Shown here: piece by piece, positions 62,473 to 64,000 of the stretch
Layout of the letters: each line of letters opens with the position of its first letter
How positions within the stretch are numbered: position 1 is the stretch's first letter
NCBI GenBank assembly: GCA_902782445.1
Contig: CACZNC010000001.1
Coordinates: forward strand, 9,939-73,938
DNA: 64,000 nt
Origin: an uncultured Ruminococcus sp.
GTDB taxonomy: Bacteria; Bacillota; Clostridia; Oscillospirales; CAG-272
Reading direction: 5' to 3'
Position numbers and translations under genes: made by a program
The notes under the pieces: model-generated
Seen by the model: only the letters and a program-made list of their open reading frames with translations
Told to the model about the DNA's origin: nothing
Databases searched by the model: none

Positions 62473-63747
62473 TCAGTTGTTCCCCCAAAACGCCCGCAGG
62501 TATTTCTCGTCGAGGATCTTGTTTTCGGCGCAGTATTCGATCACGTGTTCCACATAGTTCTTCAGCGTTTTTTCGTCAAGCCCGATTGCTGCCAGTTCTT
62601 CGGGCGTCATCCTCACGATCTTCTCCCATGTGTAAATTGCTCCGTCGAACATGTACGCTGTCGGGTTTATCAGCTTTTCCTTCATATCGTTTTCATCCAG
62701 GAACAGTGCGGCGATGTACTCGTCCGTCAGGATCATGTCGTCCCCCAGTTTCTTCCGCTCCTCGTTGAGCGTGGTCAACTGCTCCCGGGTAATGCCCAGT
62801 TCCCGGACGGTCTGCACCATCGTCGGCAGGGCGTTCTGTTCGTCGATTGTTTTTTTCAGGAATATGTTGTTGACCCAGTCGTTCAGCCGTTCTTCTTCGA
62901 TGATTGGGGTTTCCCCGTGGTACAGCTTTTCCAGATAGGCGATGTTGTACGTGATGTCCTGATATTCCCTGTTGAACGCGGATATTCCTCCGACCGCAGC
63001 GCTCTGCTCATAGAAGAGCGTTTCCAGTCTGCGCAGACTGGCGTAGCTGTCGGCTCCCCCTGCGACGTCAAGCCCGCTCATGGTCATCCGCAGCGTGGGA
63101 TCGATCAGGCGCGAGACAATGGCGGCCACCTCCGAGCGGCGGACTTTCGATTCCGGGAAGAAGCTTCCGGCTTCGTCCATTCCCGTCAGCACGCCTGCTC
63201 GGTAGAGACGGTACACATTCTCGGTGTTCTGCAAGAAAGGCAGGTCTGGGATGGCGTTGTCCACAACCGCGTTGATCTCTGCTAGTTCATTTACCGGCAA
63301 GGCGCGGGATAAAAGAGATGCACACTCGATCCGGAAGGCAGGCTGTGTCACATCTCCGGGTTCACCGGGCTGGATTCCATTATCCATGCAGTACTTGACG
63401 TACCCATAAAACCACGGCTTGTCCGCCTGATTGTCATATCCGTCAGCAGCCTCCGCAGAACCGGTGTGATAGATCGCGTGGATCCGCGCGGTGACGGTAT
63501 AGACCTCGGCGAGCGTGATGTCTGACTCCGGTGCGAACCGGTTCCCGCCCACGCCGATCATCAGGCCGGTTTTCGAGATACTCTTTACGTACGGCGCGAA
63601 CCAGTCCCCAGATGAAACGTCCGTGAAGGTCAGCGCTTGCTTATCGCTCATGAAGTGTGCAAGACTGCCGTCCGTCGCAAAGGCGGCAAAGGGCAGGATC
63701 AAAACGGACAAAAGAAATGCCGTCAGTAAAGAAATAATGCGTTTCAT
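62473..63747 (-). CDS. Secreted SLH-domain protein
   Basis: Signal peptide MKRIISLLTAFLLSVLILPFAAFA. SLH-like FTDVSSGDWFAPYV...GNRFAPESDITLAEV. Confidence 0.75.
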   Translation of the reverse strand: MKRIISLLTAFLLSVLILPFAAFATDGSLAHFMSDKQALTFTDVSSGDWFAPYVKSISKTGLMIGVGGNRFAPESDITLAEVYTVTARIHAIYHTGSAEAADGYDNQADKPWFYGYVKYCMDNGIQPGEPGDVTQPAFRIECASLLSRALPVNELAEINAVVDNAIPDLPFLQNTENVYRLYRAGVLTGMDEAGSFFPESKVRRSEVAAIVSRLIDPTLRMTMSGLDVAGGADSYASLRRLETLFYEQSAAVGGISAFNREYQDITYNIAYLEKLYHGETPIIEEERLNDWVNNIFLKKTIDEQNALPTMVQTVRELGITREQLTTLNEERKKLGDDMILTDEYIAALFLDENDMKEKLINPTAYMFDGAIYTWEKIVRMTPEELAAIGLDEKTLKNYVEHVIEYCAENKILDEKYLRAFWGNN

Positions 63748-63770
63748 AGTATCCTCCAGTTTGAAGTCAT

Positions 63771-64000
63771 TTACTGATGCTCCGCCAGCCAGATCGACAC
63801 GCGGGACTGTATATTCTTCATGCAGGTTTCCCGGTTCTGTCCCCCTCCCGTAAAGGCGGAAATCTCTTCCTGAATGATGGCAAGAACATCCGCCGGAGTA
63901 TAGTCCGCGACAGGGATTGCGGCCGCTCCGTCCAACAACGCGTATACCCGGTCGAGGTAGTCCGGCGTGACGTCGATCAGCAGTCCGTCCAATCTCTGAG
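63771..64000 (-). CDS. C-terminal part of a solute-binding-type lipoprotein paralog (5' part beyond the window)
   Basis: Frame is open to nt 64000. The tail EEISAFTGGGQNRETCMKNIQSRVSIWLAEHQ parallels EEISTYLGGLGSAEDCAGKIQSRVSIWLAEHS of the 24931-27324 protein. Confidence 0.6.
   Translation of the reverse strand, partial: QRLDGLLIDVTPDYLDRVYALLDGAAAIPVADYTPADVLAIIQEEISAFTGGGQNRETCMKNIQSRVSIWLAEHQ

Noticed and set aside
1-64000. Search for CRISPR arrays, reverse transcriptases (retron/DGR/group II intron), toxin-antitoxin pairs and known defence operons
   Set aside because: No regularly spaced identical repeats of CRISPR type and no RT motifs (YxDD) turned up in any plausible ORF. No small adjacent gene pairs with TA-like features were seen apart from ordinary MGE regulators.

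Overview
High-GC (about 65% by hand count) chromosomal segment. Gene content (spoVAC, CotH, NfnAB, separate PurO-type IMP cyclohydrolase and AICAR transformylase) suggests a spore-forming Clostridia-type Firmicute; this is inference only. Positions 1-53.2 kb are mostly housekeeping. They hold an MvhD/polyferredoxin/flavoprotein redox cluster, a purE-M-N-(purO-type)-(purH-like)-D-L operon behind a ZTP riboswitch, and a LarA-like/gnd/sugar-kinase cluster. They also hold trmB, nfnAB, spoVAC, tRNA-Thr, murI, pepD, ispDF, rpe, prs, argS and yebC. The accessory part is at 53.3-64 kb. It begins with a 42-codon tail of a RumA/TrmA-type RNA methyltransferase, cut off from its gene body. Next comes a 1.4-kb AT-rich (about 30% GC) cassette encoding a double NUMOD4/HNH endonuclease. 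After that lies a roughly 7.5-kb integrative mobilizable element with a large serine recombinase, MobV relaxase, P4/D5-type primase-helicase, CHC2 zinc-finger protein, XRE regulator and sigma factor. This element ends in a 0.5-kb non-coding, hairpin-rich region with an iteron-like repeat. An SLH-domain protein and a truncated solute-binding paralog follow. No CRISPR array, reverse transcriptase or recognisable defence operon was seen. The most unusual structures are the nested or tandem island architecture, the iteron region and the redox cluster. All function calls come from reading translated motifs; no database search was run.
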